The notes: generated from the letters alone by a model not told the origin. A DNA stretch of 64,000 bases from an uncultured Enterobacteriaceae bacterium (GCA_964524005.1 CAZGBK010000005.1:5615-69614); one strand, 5' to 3'. Positions 44,992-53,600 are shown, counted from the stretch's first letter. Numbers and translations are program-made.

Positions 44992-45312
44992 TCAGTCCGT
45001 GCGGAAGCGGTGGCGAACCGTCAGCCGACCGCCATCGACCTGTAGCGCCAGAAGACGGTCGATATTGGGGTGTTTGCCGGGATGCGCGCGGGCGTCTTCG
45101 GTGTGCTCGGCGTACAACTCGAGGCCGGTCGCCGCGGCGAGCGGCGTGATCGCCCCAAAGTGCTGACCGAGAAAGTTGTACACCGCCAGGCTACCCGCCT
45201 GACCCGGCTGATTGTCGATGCGGGCGACCAGCGCCCCTTGCGCATCAAGCAAGTCGATGCCCTCTAGATGCGACACCGGTGGCAACTGACGGAGTTGTTC
45301 AGCAAAACGCAT
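44992..45312 (-). CDS. DUF2322 family protein
   Basis: IDNQPGQAGSLAVY, GLELYAEHTEDARAHPGKHPNIDRL. Confidence 0.8.
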   Translation of the reverse strand: MRFAEQLRQLPPVSHLEGIDLLDAQGALVARIDNQPGQAGSLAVYNFLGQHFGAITPLAAATGLELYAEHTEDARAHPGKHPNIDRLLALQVDGGRLTVRHRFRTD

Positions 45313-45323
45313 GATCGCTCTCG

Positions 45324-48300
45324 CTAGGTGGAAGTCGGCTGCAAGGCCTGCAGCAGGTCGCGGACCGTCCGGCTGCGCTCGCTCAGGCTGAGCTCGGGCA
45401 GCGGCACCCGCACGCGGTCGGCCCCCATGAAACGGGCACCTTTGTGGTGCTGCACCAGCTCCATCAGGCGCAGTGGGTCGACAGCGGTGTCACTGCGGAA
45501 CTGCACCGTCAGCATCTCCTCCGACGCATCCAGCTTGACGATGCCCAGACCACCGCAGGCGAGCCGCAGCCGGTGGCATTCGAGCAAGGTCTGCGCTGGC
45601 GGCGGGAGCTGGCCGAAGCGGTCGACCAGCTCCTCGTGCAAGGCAGTGAGCGCGTCGTGGTCGTCGCAGTTGGCGAGCCGCTTGTAGAGGATCAAGCGCT
45701 GGTGCGGGTCGCCGCAGTAGTCGTCGGGCAACAGCGCCGGCGCGTGCAGGTTGATCTCGGTGGTGACGGCCAGTGGGGCATCAAGGTCGGGCTCCTTGCC
45801 GGCGCGCAACGAACGCACCGCGCTGTTGAGCATGTCGATGTACATGCCGAAGCCCACCTCTTGCATCTGCCCGCTTTGGCCTTCACCGAGCACCTCGCCG
45901 GCACCGCGGATCTCCAGGTCGTGCATGGCGAGGAAGAAGCCCGAGCCCAGCTCCTCCATCATCTGGATCGCCTCCAGCCGCTTCTTTGCCGCCGCCGACA
46001 AGCTCTCGTCCCCGGCTGTCAGCAAGTAGGCATAGGCCTGATGGTGACTACGTCCGACCCGGCCGCGCAGCTGGTGCAGCTGGGCCAGGCCAAAACGGTC
46101 CGCGCGGTTGATGAGGATGGTGTTGGCGGTCGGGACGTCGATACCGGTCTCGATGATGGTCGTACACAACAGCAGAGTGTGACGCTGGTGGTAGAAGTCG
46201 CGCATCACCTGTTCCAGCTCGCGCTCGGCCATCTGCCCGTGGGCCACGCCGATACGGGCCTCAGGGACCATCTGCATGAGCTTGTCGCGCATGTGCAGGA
46301 TGGTGTCGACCTCGTTGTGCAGGAAGTACACCTGCCCGCCGCGCTTCAATTCGCGCAGCACCGCCTCGCGGATATGGCCCTCGCTGTAGGGCACCACCAG
46401 CGTCTTGATGGCCAGCCGCCGCTGCGGCGCCGTGGCAATGACGGAAAAATCGCGCAGGCCTTCCAGGCTCATCGCCAGCGTACGCGGGATCGGTGTGGCG
46501 GTAAGCGTGAGCACGTCGACCTCGGCGCGCAGGCTCTTCAATGCCTCCTTCTGCCGCACCCCGAAGCGATGCTCCTCGTCGATGATGACCAGGCCCAGGT
46601 TCTTGAAGCGCACGTCCTTCTGCACCAGCCGGTGGGTGCCGATGATGAGGTCGATGCTGCCATCCTCCAGTCCTTTCAGCGCCGCCGTCTGTTCTTTTGG
46701 CGTACGAAAGCGCGAGAGTTCGGCGATACGCACCGGCCAGTCGGCAAAGCGGTCCTTGAAGTTCTGGAAGTGCTGCTCGGCCAACAACGTGGTCGGCACC
46801 AACACCGCCACCTGATAGCCGGCCATGAGCGCGACGAAGGCGGCACGCATGGCGACCTCGGTCTTGCCAAAGCCGACATCGCCGCAGACCAGCCGGTCCA
46901 TCGGCCGGCCAGCGGTGAGGTCCTGCAGCACCGCGCCGATGGCGGCAGCCTGGTCGGGCGTCTCCTCGAAGCCAAAACCCTCGGCGAAGGCTGCGTAGTC
47001 GTGTGCCGTGAGCGGCAAGGCTCGGCCCTGGCGAGCGGCCCGCTGAGCATAGAGATTGAGCAACTCGGCGGCGGTATCGCGCACCATCTTGGCGGTGCGG
47101 CGGCGGGCCTTCTCCCATTGTCCCGAGCCCAGCCGGTGCCAAGGCGCCGATTCCGCCGGGCCACCGGTGTAGCGGCTGATCACATGCAGCTGCGACACCG
47201 GTACGTAGAGGGTGTCTTCGCCCGCATATTCGATGAACAGGAACTCCGCCATGCCCTCTCCGGCATCCAGGCTGACCAGCCCACGGTAGCGTCCGACGCC
47301 GTGCGATTCGTGCACCACCGGATCGCCGATACGCAGCTCGGCGAGGTCGCGCAGCATGCCCTCGGAGTTGCGCCGAGCGTCATCACGACGGCGGGTCTGC
47401 CGCACCTGCGCGGCGTAGAGCTCGGCTTCGGTGACCACCGCGATGCTGGCGTCGCTGTCCAGCCAACCCTGCGCGAGTGGCCCGACACCGAGCATCAGGC
47501 CAGCATCGGCATCGCAGAAGGCGGCCCAGTCGGTACACGGTGCAGGCGACATGCCATGCTCGTGCATCAGTTGCAGCAGGGTCTCGCGGCGACCGGGTGA
47601 CTCGGCCAGCACCAGCACCCGGCCGCCGAAGCTGCCGACGAAGCGCTTCAGTGCACCCAGTGGGTCGTCGGCACGGCGGTCGATGATCAGCTCTGGTAGC
47701 CCGCCAGGCGAAGTGGCCGAAAGACGCGCCTGCACACGACGGCCGATACTGGCGAACAGCGCCTCGGCGGTCAGGTAGAGCTCGCCGGGGGGCAGCAGCG
47801 GGCGTTCCGGGTCACCGCGGAACAGCTCGTAACGCGACTTGATGTCGGCCCAAAAGGTCTCTGCGGCGGCATGGACATCACCATGCAAAGCGACCCTGGC
47901 GGTTTCGGGCAGGTAGTCAGCCAGCGTTGCCAGGGCATCGAAAAACAATGGCAGGTAGTACTCGATGCCCGGCGGTGCGACGCCGTTGCTGACGTCTTTG
48001 TAGATGCGCGAGCGGCTCGGATCGCCCTCGATGTGCTCGCGGTAGCGGCTGCGAAATGCCGAGCGTGCCGCGTCATCCAAAGGAAATTCGCGCGCTGGCA
48101 GCAGCCGCACCTCGGGCACCGGGTAGATGGTGCGCTGTGTCTCCGGGTCGAAGGTGCGGATCGACTCGATCTCGCTGTCGAACAGGTCGATGCGGTAAGG
48201 CACCGCACTGCCCATGGGGAACAGGTCGATCAGGTGACCCCGCAGGCAGAACTCGCCGGGTGACAGCACCTGGCTCATGTGCGTGTAGCCGGCGACGGTG

Positions 48301-48710
48301 AGTTGCTCGCGCAGCTTCTGCTCGTCGAGCCGGCCACCTTTCTTCAGGAAGAAGGTGCGTGCCGCCACATAGCTCACTGGCACCAGCCGCAGCATGGCGG
48401 TGGTCACCGGCACGATCAACACATCGCATTGGCCCTGACTGCTTTGATACAAGGCCGCCAGCCGGTCGGACACAAGGTCGGGGTGCGGCGACAGCGTGTC
48501 GTAGGGCAGCGTCTCCCAGTCGGCCAGCAGATGCACGCGCAACGCTGGCGCGAACCAATGCACCTCATCGAGCAGGCGCTGAGCATCCAGCCCGGTGGCA
48601 GTCAGCACCACGAGAGGGCCGTCGGCGGCCAGCCGGGCCAGCGCCAGAGCGTCGGCAACGGTTGTCAGCGCCTTGCTGTGGGCGGTCTTGAGGTTGGAAG
48701 GCGAGCTCAT
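45324..48710 (-). CDS. mfd: Transcription-repair coupling factor
   Basis: DWETLPYD, CGDVGFGKTEVA, DEEHRFGV, LHQLRGRVGRS, DLEIRGAGE, TRCF C-terminus. Confidence 0.97.
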   Translation of the reverse strand: MSSPSNLKTAHSKALTTVADALALARLAADGPLVVLTATGLDAQRLLDEVHWFAPALRVHLLADWETLPYDTLSPHPDLVSDRLAALYQSSQGQCDVLIVPVTTAMLRLVPVSYVAARTFFLKKGGRLDEQKLREQLTVAGYTHMSQVLSPGEFCLRGHLIDLFPMGSAVPYRIDLFDSEIESIRTFDPETQRTIYPVPEVRLLPAREFPLDDAARSAFRSRYREHIEGDPSRSRIYKDVSNGVAPPGIEYYLPLFFDALATLADYLPETARVALHGDVHAAAETFWADIKSRYELFRGDPERPLLPPGELYLTAEALFASIGRRVQARLSATSPGGLPELIIDRRADDPLGALKRFVGSFGGRVLVLAESPGRRETLLQLMHEHGMSPAPCTDWAAFCDADAGLMLGVGPLAQGWLDSDASIAVVTEAELYAAQVRQTRRRDDARRNSEGMLRDLAELRIGDPVVHESHGVGRYRGLVSLDAGEGMAEFLFIEYAGEDTLYVPVSQLHVISRYTGGPAESAPWHRLGSGQWEKARRRTAKMVRDTAAELLNLYAQRAARQGRALPLTAHDYAAFAEGFGFEETPDQAAAIGAVLQDLTAGRPMDRLVCGDVGFGKTEVAMRAAFVALMAGYQVAVLVPTTLLAEQHFQNFKDRFADWPVRIAELSRFRTPKEQTAALKGLEDGSIDLIIGTHRLVQKDVRFKNLGLVIIDEEHRFGVRQKEALKSLRAEVDVLTLTATPIPRTLAMSLEGLRDFSVIATAPQRRLAIKTLVVPYSEGHIREAVLRELKRGGQVYFLHNEVDTILHMRDKLMQMVPEARIGVAHGQMAERELEQVMRDFYHQRHTLLLCTTIIETGIDVPTANTILINRADRFGLAQLHQLRGRVGRSHHQAYAYLLTAGDESLSAAAKKRLEAIQMMEELGSGFFLAMHDLEIRGAGEVLGEGQSGQMQEVGFGMYIDMLNSAVRSLRAGKEPDLDAPLAVTTEINLHAPALLPDDYCGDPHQRLILYKRLANCDDHDALTALHEELVDRFGQLPPPAQTLLECHRLRLACGGLGIVKLDASEEMLTVQFRSDTAVDPLRLMELVQHHKGARFMGADRVRVPLPELSLSERSRTVRDLLQALQPTST

Positions 48711-48800
48711 GAGGCGCCGGATTATACGGAAGCACGGGATCCGGACGCCGTACCGGAGCCCGCAGGACTCTTGTTCGAGCTCATTTGTAAGCGATTTGCC

Positions 48801-48846
48801 TTGACTATCTTGCGCACAACCTAATAAATTAGTCCGTAAGAACTAA
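48801..48846 (+). promoter_or_regulatory. Candidate sigma70 promoter with overlapping inverted repeat (operator) for the riboswitch-subtilase transcript
   Basis: TTGACT-18 bp-TAAATT in an AT-rich patch; imperfect palindrome TTAGTCC-GTAA-GAACTAA at 48829-48846. Confidence 0.5.
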
Positions 48847-48855
48847 CAACCTCGC

Positions 48856-48926
48856 GCCGAGAGGTCAGTTCCAGACAGACCCGGCAAACGGGCAGTAACC
48901 CTGGTTCCCCGCAAGGGGTCACCGGC
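48856..48926 (+). ncRNA. Unidentified multi-stem RNA element directly 5' of the c-di-GMP-I aptamer
   Basis: GCCG/CGGC closing stem, CCCG-GCAAA-CGGG hairpin, GGT-T-CCCC-GCAA-GGGG-TC-ACC hairpin; family not recognised. Confidence 0.4.
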
Positions 48927-48928
48927 AA

Positions 48929-49015
48929 GACGCAAGGGCAAACCGCGTGAAAACGCGGGACGCAAAGCCTCCGGCCTAGGGACTTCGGTCTACGGTAGCG
49001 GGGTTACCGGCTGCG
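48929..49015 (+). promoter_or_regulatory. c-di-GMP-I (GEMM-I) riboswitch
   Basis: GGGCAAACC-GCGT-GAAA-ACGC-GGGACGCAAAGCCTCCGGCCTA...GGTAGCGGGGTTACCG matches the Vc2-type consensus; P1 CGCA/TGCG. Confidence 0.93.
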
Positions 49016-49061
49016 ATCCGTTATTCGCGCTTGCGCTTGTCACTCTGTTTGGAGCAGGCGC

Positions 49062-51302
49062 ATGCGTTTTGCCGCGGCCATCACGGCCCTTTGTATCGGA
49101 CATTCTTCGTCCGCCTTCGCGAATGCCAGTCCGGCCGAACTGTCGGCTTCGAGCGCGGCCGGTCGCGTGGGCGCTTTCTTCGCACACGAGCAGGGCTACA
49201 CCGGTAGCGGGGTGCGGATCGGCATCCTCGACTCGGGGCTGGGCAATGGCACCGGCGAATTCAACGGCCGCATTGTCGCGCCCTACGACACCAATGACGG
49301 CAGCAACAACAGCACCGACACTCTGGGCCACGGCACAAAGATCGCTGGCCTGTTGGGCGCCGCCGCCAACGGCAGTGGGGTTGTCGGCGTCGCGCCCGAT
49401 GCACTGCTCATCCCGGTCCGGGTCTACGACAGCGCCAACCTCGCGTCTTCATCGCGAGTGCAGGGCGGGGTCCGCCATGCGCTCGCCAACGGTGCCCGCA
49501 TCATCAACTTGTCGCTCGGATCCCGCTCTGCGCCCATGGCTGAGACGGCGGTTCGCGAGGCTGTGGCTGGGGGCGCGCTGGTGGTTGCGGCGGCTGGTAA
49601 CTTCGGCGACGCCAACCCAATCTGGCCAGCACGCTTCGCCAGCGCCAGCTGGGCCAACGGGCAGGTTCTGGCCGTCGGCGCTGTCGACAACAGCAACAAT
49701 ATCGCCAGCTTTTCCAACCGCGCAGGCGACACCGCCGAGTTCTTCCTGGTCGCGCCTGGCAGCAGTCTGCAGACCACTTGCCCGAGCGGCTATTGCAGTG
49801 GATCTGGCACCTCGTATGCAGCCCCGGTCGTGGCTGGCGCAGCAGGCCTGCTGCTCGGTCAATGGTCGTATCTGACGGCTCAGCAGACAGCCGCCATCCT
49901 GCTCGAGACGGCGACCGATCTGGGCGCTCCCGGTGTCGACGCGATCTACGGACACGGCTTGGTCAATGTCAACCGTGCGATGCAGCCGGTTGGCACGCTG
50001 GTTACGTACACTTCGGCAGGCGCGCCAGGGGAGCCTGCCGCGCCGTCACCCAGCATCGCCGCCCCACCGCGTCCACTGACCAAGGCCGAACTGAAGGCCG
50101 AGCGCAAAGCCGCAAAGGCCCGCGCCAAAGCCGCACAGAAGGCAGCGAAGGCGCTGGCCAAATTGCAGCTGCAAGCATCGCGAGCGCTGGCCAATGGACT
50201 TGCCCAAGCAGCTGACGACGGCCTGCTGACGGTTGCCGGATTCGACGACTATGGCCGTCACTACACGTACGACCTTGGCGCGAACATCGGCCGCCGCGAT
50301 GTCACTTTGCTCGAGACGCTGCTCGGCGAAGCGGATCGCGGCTTGGGCATCCACAGTGTCGCCCTGGGTCGATCGGCCAGCCTGCTCACCTACATCGACA
50401 GCCCACTGGTGCCGGTCCAGCTGCAAGACCCGCTGCTGCTGGCCGGTGGTGGCCAAGAGATGCGCATCCAGGCCACTTTGTTCGAAACCGACCTTGGCAC
50501 CCAGCGATTCAGCGCCGGCAGCGGCGGTCTAGCCAACCAGTTTTTCGGCATCGGGGCCGGTGAGAGCGCCGGCTGGCTGGGGCAAGCGATCGCCAACCCG
50601 CTGGTCGGAACGCTTGGCCTGCATGCCCACGCCGGCTGGGAAACGGTGCTCGGTGATGGCCGCAGCCTGCGTGCCGGACTTGTCAGCGGGCGCGACCCTC
50701 TGGCTGGCCACTTGGGTTTGCGCAACGAAAACAACCGCCTGTGGATCGCTGAGCTGCACCAGCAGTTCGGCAACACCCGCATCGCCGTTGGGACCAGCCT
50801 GCTGGACGAGACTGCTGGTGTGCTGGGTAGCAGCGGTTCGCTGCTGGGTGCCAGCCGCAGCGGTGCCCTGCAACTGGCGGTCAGCCACACCCTCAGCGAC
50901 CGCCTCAGCATCGCCGCCCAGTACAGCACCGTCCGCAACCATGGTGAAGCCAGCGACACGGTGCTGAGTGCAGGCCGAATCATCGCATCGAGCTGGGGTG
51001 TCGGGCTGGTCGCAAGTGCGGTCCTGCAGAGCGACGACCGCCTGAGCTTGGCTTTGTCGCAGCCGCTGGCAGCCACCTCGGGACACCTGCTACTGGATGC
51101 GAGCACGGGTGTCGCCGCCGATGGCACTCCGGTGCAATCGGTGCGCCGCATCGCCCTTGATGGCGAGCGACCGCTGCGTGCCGAGCTGCGCTACAGCGTA
51201 CCGCTGGCGGATACCGGAGCGCTGTCACTGGCATTGGTGCACCAACGCGATGCCATTGGCAGCGAGAGCGCCGCCATGGTGCGTCTCAATCAGCGCTTCT
51301 AG
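49062..51302 (+). CDS. S8 subtilisin-like serine peptidase with C-terminal putative OM beta-barrel
   Basis: Signal peptide; triad ILDSG / GHGT / GTSYAAP, AAGN oxyanion, YGHGLVN; terminal VRLNQRF. Confidence 0.88.
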   Translation: MRFAAAITALCIGHSSSAFANASPAELSASSAAGRVGAFFAHEQGYTGSGVRIGILDSGLGNGTGEFNGRIVAPYDTNDGSNNSTDTLGHGTKIAGLLGAAANGSGVVGVAPDALLIPVRVYDSANLASSSRVQGGVRHALANGARIINLSLGSRSAPMAETAVREAVAGGALVVAAAGNFGDANPIWPARFASASWANGQVLAVGAVDNSNNIASFSNRAGDTAEFFLVAPGSSLQTTCPSGYCSGSGTSYAAPVVAGAAGLLLGQWSYLTAQQTAAILLETATDLGAPGVDAIYGHGLVNVNRAMQPVGTLVTYTSAGAPGEPAAPSPSIAAPPRPLTKAELKAERKAAKARAKAAQKAAKALAKLQLQASRALANGLAQAADDGLLTVAGFDDYGRHYTYDLGANIGRRDVTLLETLLGEADRGLGIHSVALGRSASLLTYIDSPLVPVQLQDPLLLAGGGQEMRIQATLFETDLGTQRFSAGSGGLANQFFGIGAGESAGWLGQAIANPLVGTLGLHAHAGWETVLGDGRSLRAGLVSGRDPLAGHLGLRNENNRLWIAELHQQFGNTRIAVGTSLLDETAGVLGSSGSLLGASRSGALQLAVSHTLSDRLSIAAQYSTVRNHGEASDTVLSAGRIIASSWGVGLVASAVLQSDDRLSLALSQPLAATSGHLLLDASTGVAADGTPVQSVRRIALDGERPLRAELRYSVPLADTGALSLALVHQRDAIGSESAAMVRLNQRF

Positions 51303-51316
51303 CGCCTGACTGTTTC

Positions 51317-51357
51317 GCCGCTCCAGGCGCCGACGCGCCGAAGGTGTCTGGGGCGGC
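51317..51357 (+). other. 15-bp GC-rich hairpin at subtilase 3' end
   Basis: GCCGCTCCAGGCGCC / GGTGTCTGGGGCGGC with G-U wobbles that pair on the + strand; no U tract. Confidence 0.55.
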
Positions 51358-51408
51358 ACCCGACACGCGAGCGGCCGGGCCGCATCACCAAAAGAGATGT
51401 CTCGCGCA

Positions 51409-51437
51409 TTGCAAAACTAAGCCGTTTGACTTACTGT
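51409..51437 (+). promoter_or_regulatory. sigma70 promoter of candidate sRNA
   Basis: TTGCAA-17 bp-TACTGT. Confidence 0.6.
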
Positions 51438-51443
51438 TGACCT

Positions 51444-51560
51444 ATCGGGTCGCATCGCCTTCGGCACGCGACCCCACCGTAGTCTGACGTGGTCAGCTGA
51501 GCCCACACCTTCTTGCAAGGTGTTTCGCCCGACGTGCGCAAGCCCGTCGGGCTTTGTTTT
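51444..51560 (+). ncRNA. Candidate small RNA (~117 nt)
   Basis: Promoter upstream, several hairpins, terminator GCCCGACG..GCAA..CGTCGGGC-TTTGTTTT; no plausible ORF. Confidence 0.55.
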
Positions 51561-51568
51561 GGGATCGC

Positions 51569-52093
51569 TCAGCTGTTGGGGCCGGCGACCGTCGCACCCG
51601 GCATAGGCTCGCCCGACTCGCGGTGCAACTCCTGGTTGCGCGCAAACACCTCTTTGCGCAGCTCCCGCCGCATTTGCGCGGCCTTGAACAGACGCCGCTC
51701 GGCATCCGATTCGAGGATCAGTGGCGGCGCCGCCTTCGGGCGGCCGTCCTCGCCCATACAAACCATCGTGAAGTAGCAGCTGTTGGTATGCCGCTTGGCC
51801 TGTGTCTTGAGGTTCTCGGCGATCACCTTCACCCCGACCTCCAGCGACGAGCTACCCACATAATTCACGTGCGCCAGCACGGTGATCAACTCGCCAACCT
51901 GGATCGGCTCCTTGAAGAACACGTGGTCGAGCGACACGGTGACGCAGTAGCTCTGGCAGTAGCGGGCGGCGCAGGCATAAGCGACCTGATCGAGCAGCTT
52001 CAGCAACGAGCCGCCATGCACCTTGCCCGAGAAATTGGCCATGTCCGGCGAGGCAAGCACCGTCATGTGAAGGGTCTTTTCCTGCTGGCTCAT
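51569..52093 (-). CDS. Acyl-CoA thioesterase (hotdog, YciA-like)
   Basis: PDMANFSGKVHGGSLLKLLDQVAY, VGSSSLEVGVKV, SCYFTMV. Confidence 0.9.
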   Translation of the reverse strand: MSQQEKTLHMTVLASPDMANFSGKVHGGSLLKLLDQVAYACAARYCQSYCVTVSLDHVFFKEPIQVGELITVLAHVNYVGSSSLEVGVKVIAENLKTQAKRHTNSCYFTMVCMGEDGRPKAAPPLILESDAERRLFKAAQMRRELRKEVFARNQELHRESGEPMPGATVAGPNS

Positions 52094-52141
52094 GGTTTGA
52101 CTCCGTGATGGACGGCGAATCGTCCGTCGCTGGCACTGTAG

Positions 52142-52702
52142 CTAGCGACGATGGTCGCTGCAATCGATGCTGGCAGAACCTTGGCGCGGCGGGTTGCTCT
52201 GCCGCCATTCCCACGGCGGCTGCGGAACTCCAGACCACAGGCCACGACCCTCGCGGCGGGCTGCCTGCCACGCGGCCTCGTAAGCATCACGGCGAGCCAA
52301 GGGCTGATCACGCAGGAAGCGCGACAAGCGCCAAGCCAAGCCCTCGCGCAGCATGCGCACGGCCAGGTCGTCCTCACCCAAGTAGATGCTGGCCACCGTC
52401 CGACCATAACGGTCGTGGCCATGCGATTCCCACCGGATGTCGATTCCACAAACGACATCGGCGACCCAACGGGCCGCTTCCGCACCGCCGGGCTGGCCGA
52501 TCTCGGGGGTATCGATAGCGAGCAAGCGCAAGGTCAGACGCTGGCCGTCGGCGGTCCGGATGCGCACCGTATCACCATCGACAACCTGCTCGACGCGCGC
52601 CGGCGCAGTGGCCGGCTGGCCGGACTCGGGAACCTCCGCAGCCGCCCAAGCGAAGCTCGCCGTCAGCAGCGGGAACAGCCATGGTACCGGCCACCAGAAC
52701 AC
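52142..52702 (-). CDS. Thermonuclease (SNase) family exported protein
   Basis: VVDGDTV, LRLLAIDTPE, DRYGRTVA, GRGLWS..PPWEWR. Confidence 0.88.
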   Translation of the reverse strand: MFWWPVPWLFPLLTASFAWAAAEVPESGQPATAPARVEQVVDGDTVRIRTADGQRLTLRLLAIDTPEIGQPGGAEAARWVADVVCGIDIRWESHGHDRYGRTVASIYLGEDDLAVRMLREGLAWRLSRFLRDQPLARRDAYEAAWQAARREGRGLWSGVPQPPWEWRQSNPPRQGSASIDCSDHRR

Positions 52703-52722
52703 GACAATGGTGGCCAGAGGTA

Positions 52723-53199
52723 CTACTCGATGTCGCCCATCAGACTCTGCAGATAGTTCTGCAGTCCGACCTTGTCGATCAGTTCGAGCTGCGTCTCGAG
52801 GAAATCGATGTGCTCCTCGGTGTCATCGAGGATGCCGGTGAGCAGCTCGCGCGACACATAGTCCGCAGCTTTTTCGCTGGCAGCGATACCGGCCTTGATG
52901 GTGGTCTGCGCGCCCCGCTCGAGCGCCAGATCGCAACGAAGGATCTCGGCGACATCCTCACCGACACTGATCTTGCCCAGGTCTTGCACGTTCGGCAGGC
53001 CGTCGAGCATGAAGATGCGGTCCATCAGCGCGTCGGCGTGCTTCATCTCGCCGATCGACTCGGCATGCTCCTTGGCTGCCAAACGGTCGAAGCCCCAATG
53101 CTTCAGCATGCGGTAGTGCAGGAAGTACTGGTTGATGGCCGTCAGCTCGTTTTTGAGCTGGGCTTGCAGATGCTGGATGACGTTCGCATCGCCTTGCAT
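52723..53199 (-). CDS. bfr: Bacterioferritin
   Basis: NELTAINQYFLH, ESIGEMKHAD (heme Met), EEHIDFLETQ. Confidence 0.96.
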   Translation of the reverse strand: MQGDANVIQHLQAQLKNELTAINQYFLHYRMLKHWGFDRLAAKEHAESIGEMKHADALMDRIFMLDGLPNVQDLGKISVGEDVAEILRCDLALERGAQTTIKAGIAASEKAADYVSRELLTGILDDTEEHIDFLETQLELIDKVGLQNYLQSLMGDIE

Positions 53200-53331
53200 C
53201 GGGATCTCCTTGGCAGTTGATCGGTGTAGCCCTAAGTCTGATGGGCCGGCGTCTGGTCAGTCAGCCAGTTTAAGCAAAACGGCAGGCGTCTGCCGCGGCG
53301 ACCACCGCAGAGGAACAAGACCAACGATCTC

Positions 53332-53544
53332 TCAGGCGCGACCGGGAGCGGGCGGCTGGTCGCTCAGGTGCGCCACCTCGGCACCGGCGGCGCATTCCGA
53401 CCAGATCGCATGGGCGCAGGTGTGGCACTTGCCACACTGGGTGGCGACGCCGAGTTCGGCCTGGATATCGTCAAAACTTGCACCCGAGCGGGCGTGCCGC
53501 TCGATGAGCTTGTCCGAGACTCCGTGGCAGATGCAGACGATCAT
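53332..53544 (-). CDS. bfd: Bacterioferritin-associated ferredoxin
   Basis: MIVCICHGV..LGVATQCGKC. Confidence 0.93.
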   Translation of the reverse strand: MIVCICHGVSDKLIERHARSGASFDDIQAELGVATQCGKCHTCAHAIWSECAAGAEVAHLSDQPPAPGRA

Positions 53545-53570
53545 AGGTTCATCCGCGAACTCGATGCCTC

Positions 53571-53600
53571 AATGGTAATCGTTCGCATTTGTAGATGCAA
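53571..53600 (-). promoter_or_regulatory. Fur box overlapping bfd promoter
   Basis: AATGGTAATCGTTCGCATT (53571-53589) overlaps TTGCAT-17 bp-TACCAT on the minus strand. Confidence 0.7.

Noticed and set aside
45444-47600. Long alternative ORFs (e.g. 718 aa opposite mfd, 594 aa at 1727-3511, 577 aa opposite uup, 584 aa opposite ybaL)
   Set aside because: Antisense shadows of real genes, expected in high-GC DNA; no recognisable motifs.
48929-49015. cGAMP-sensing GEMM-Ib variant
   Set aside because: The G20-equivalent base is G (AAGGGCAAACC), and the nearby cyclase gives no evidence for cGAMP synthesis.
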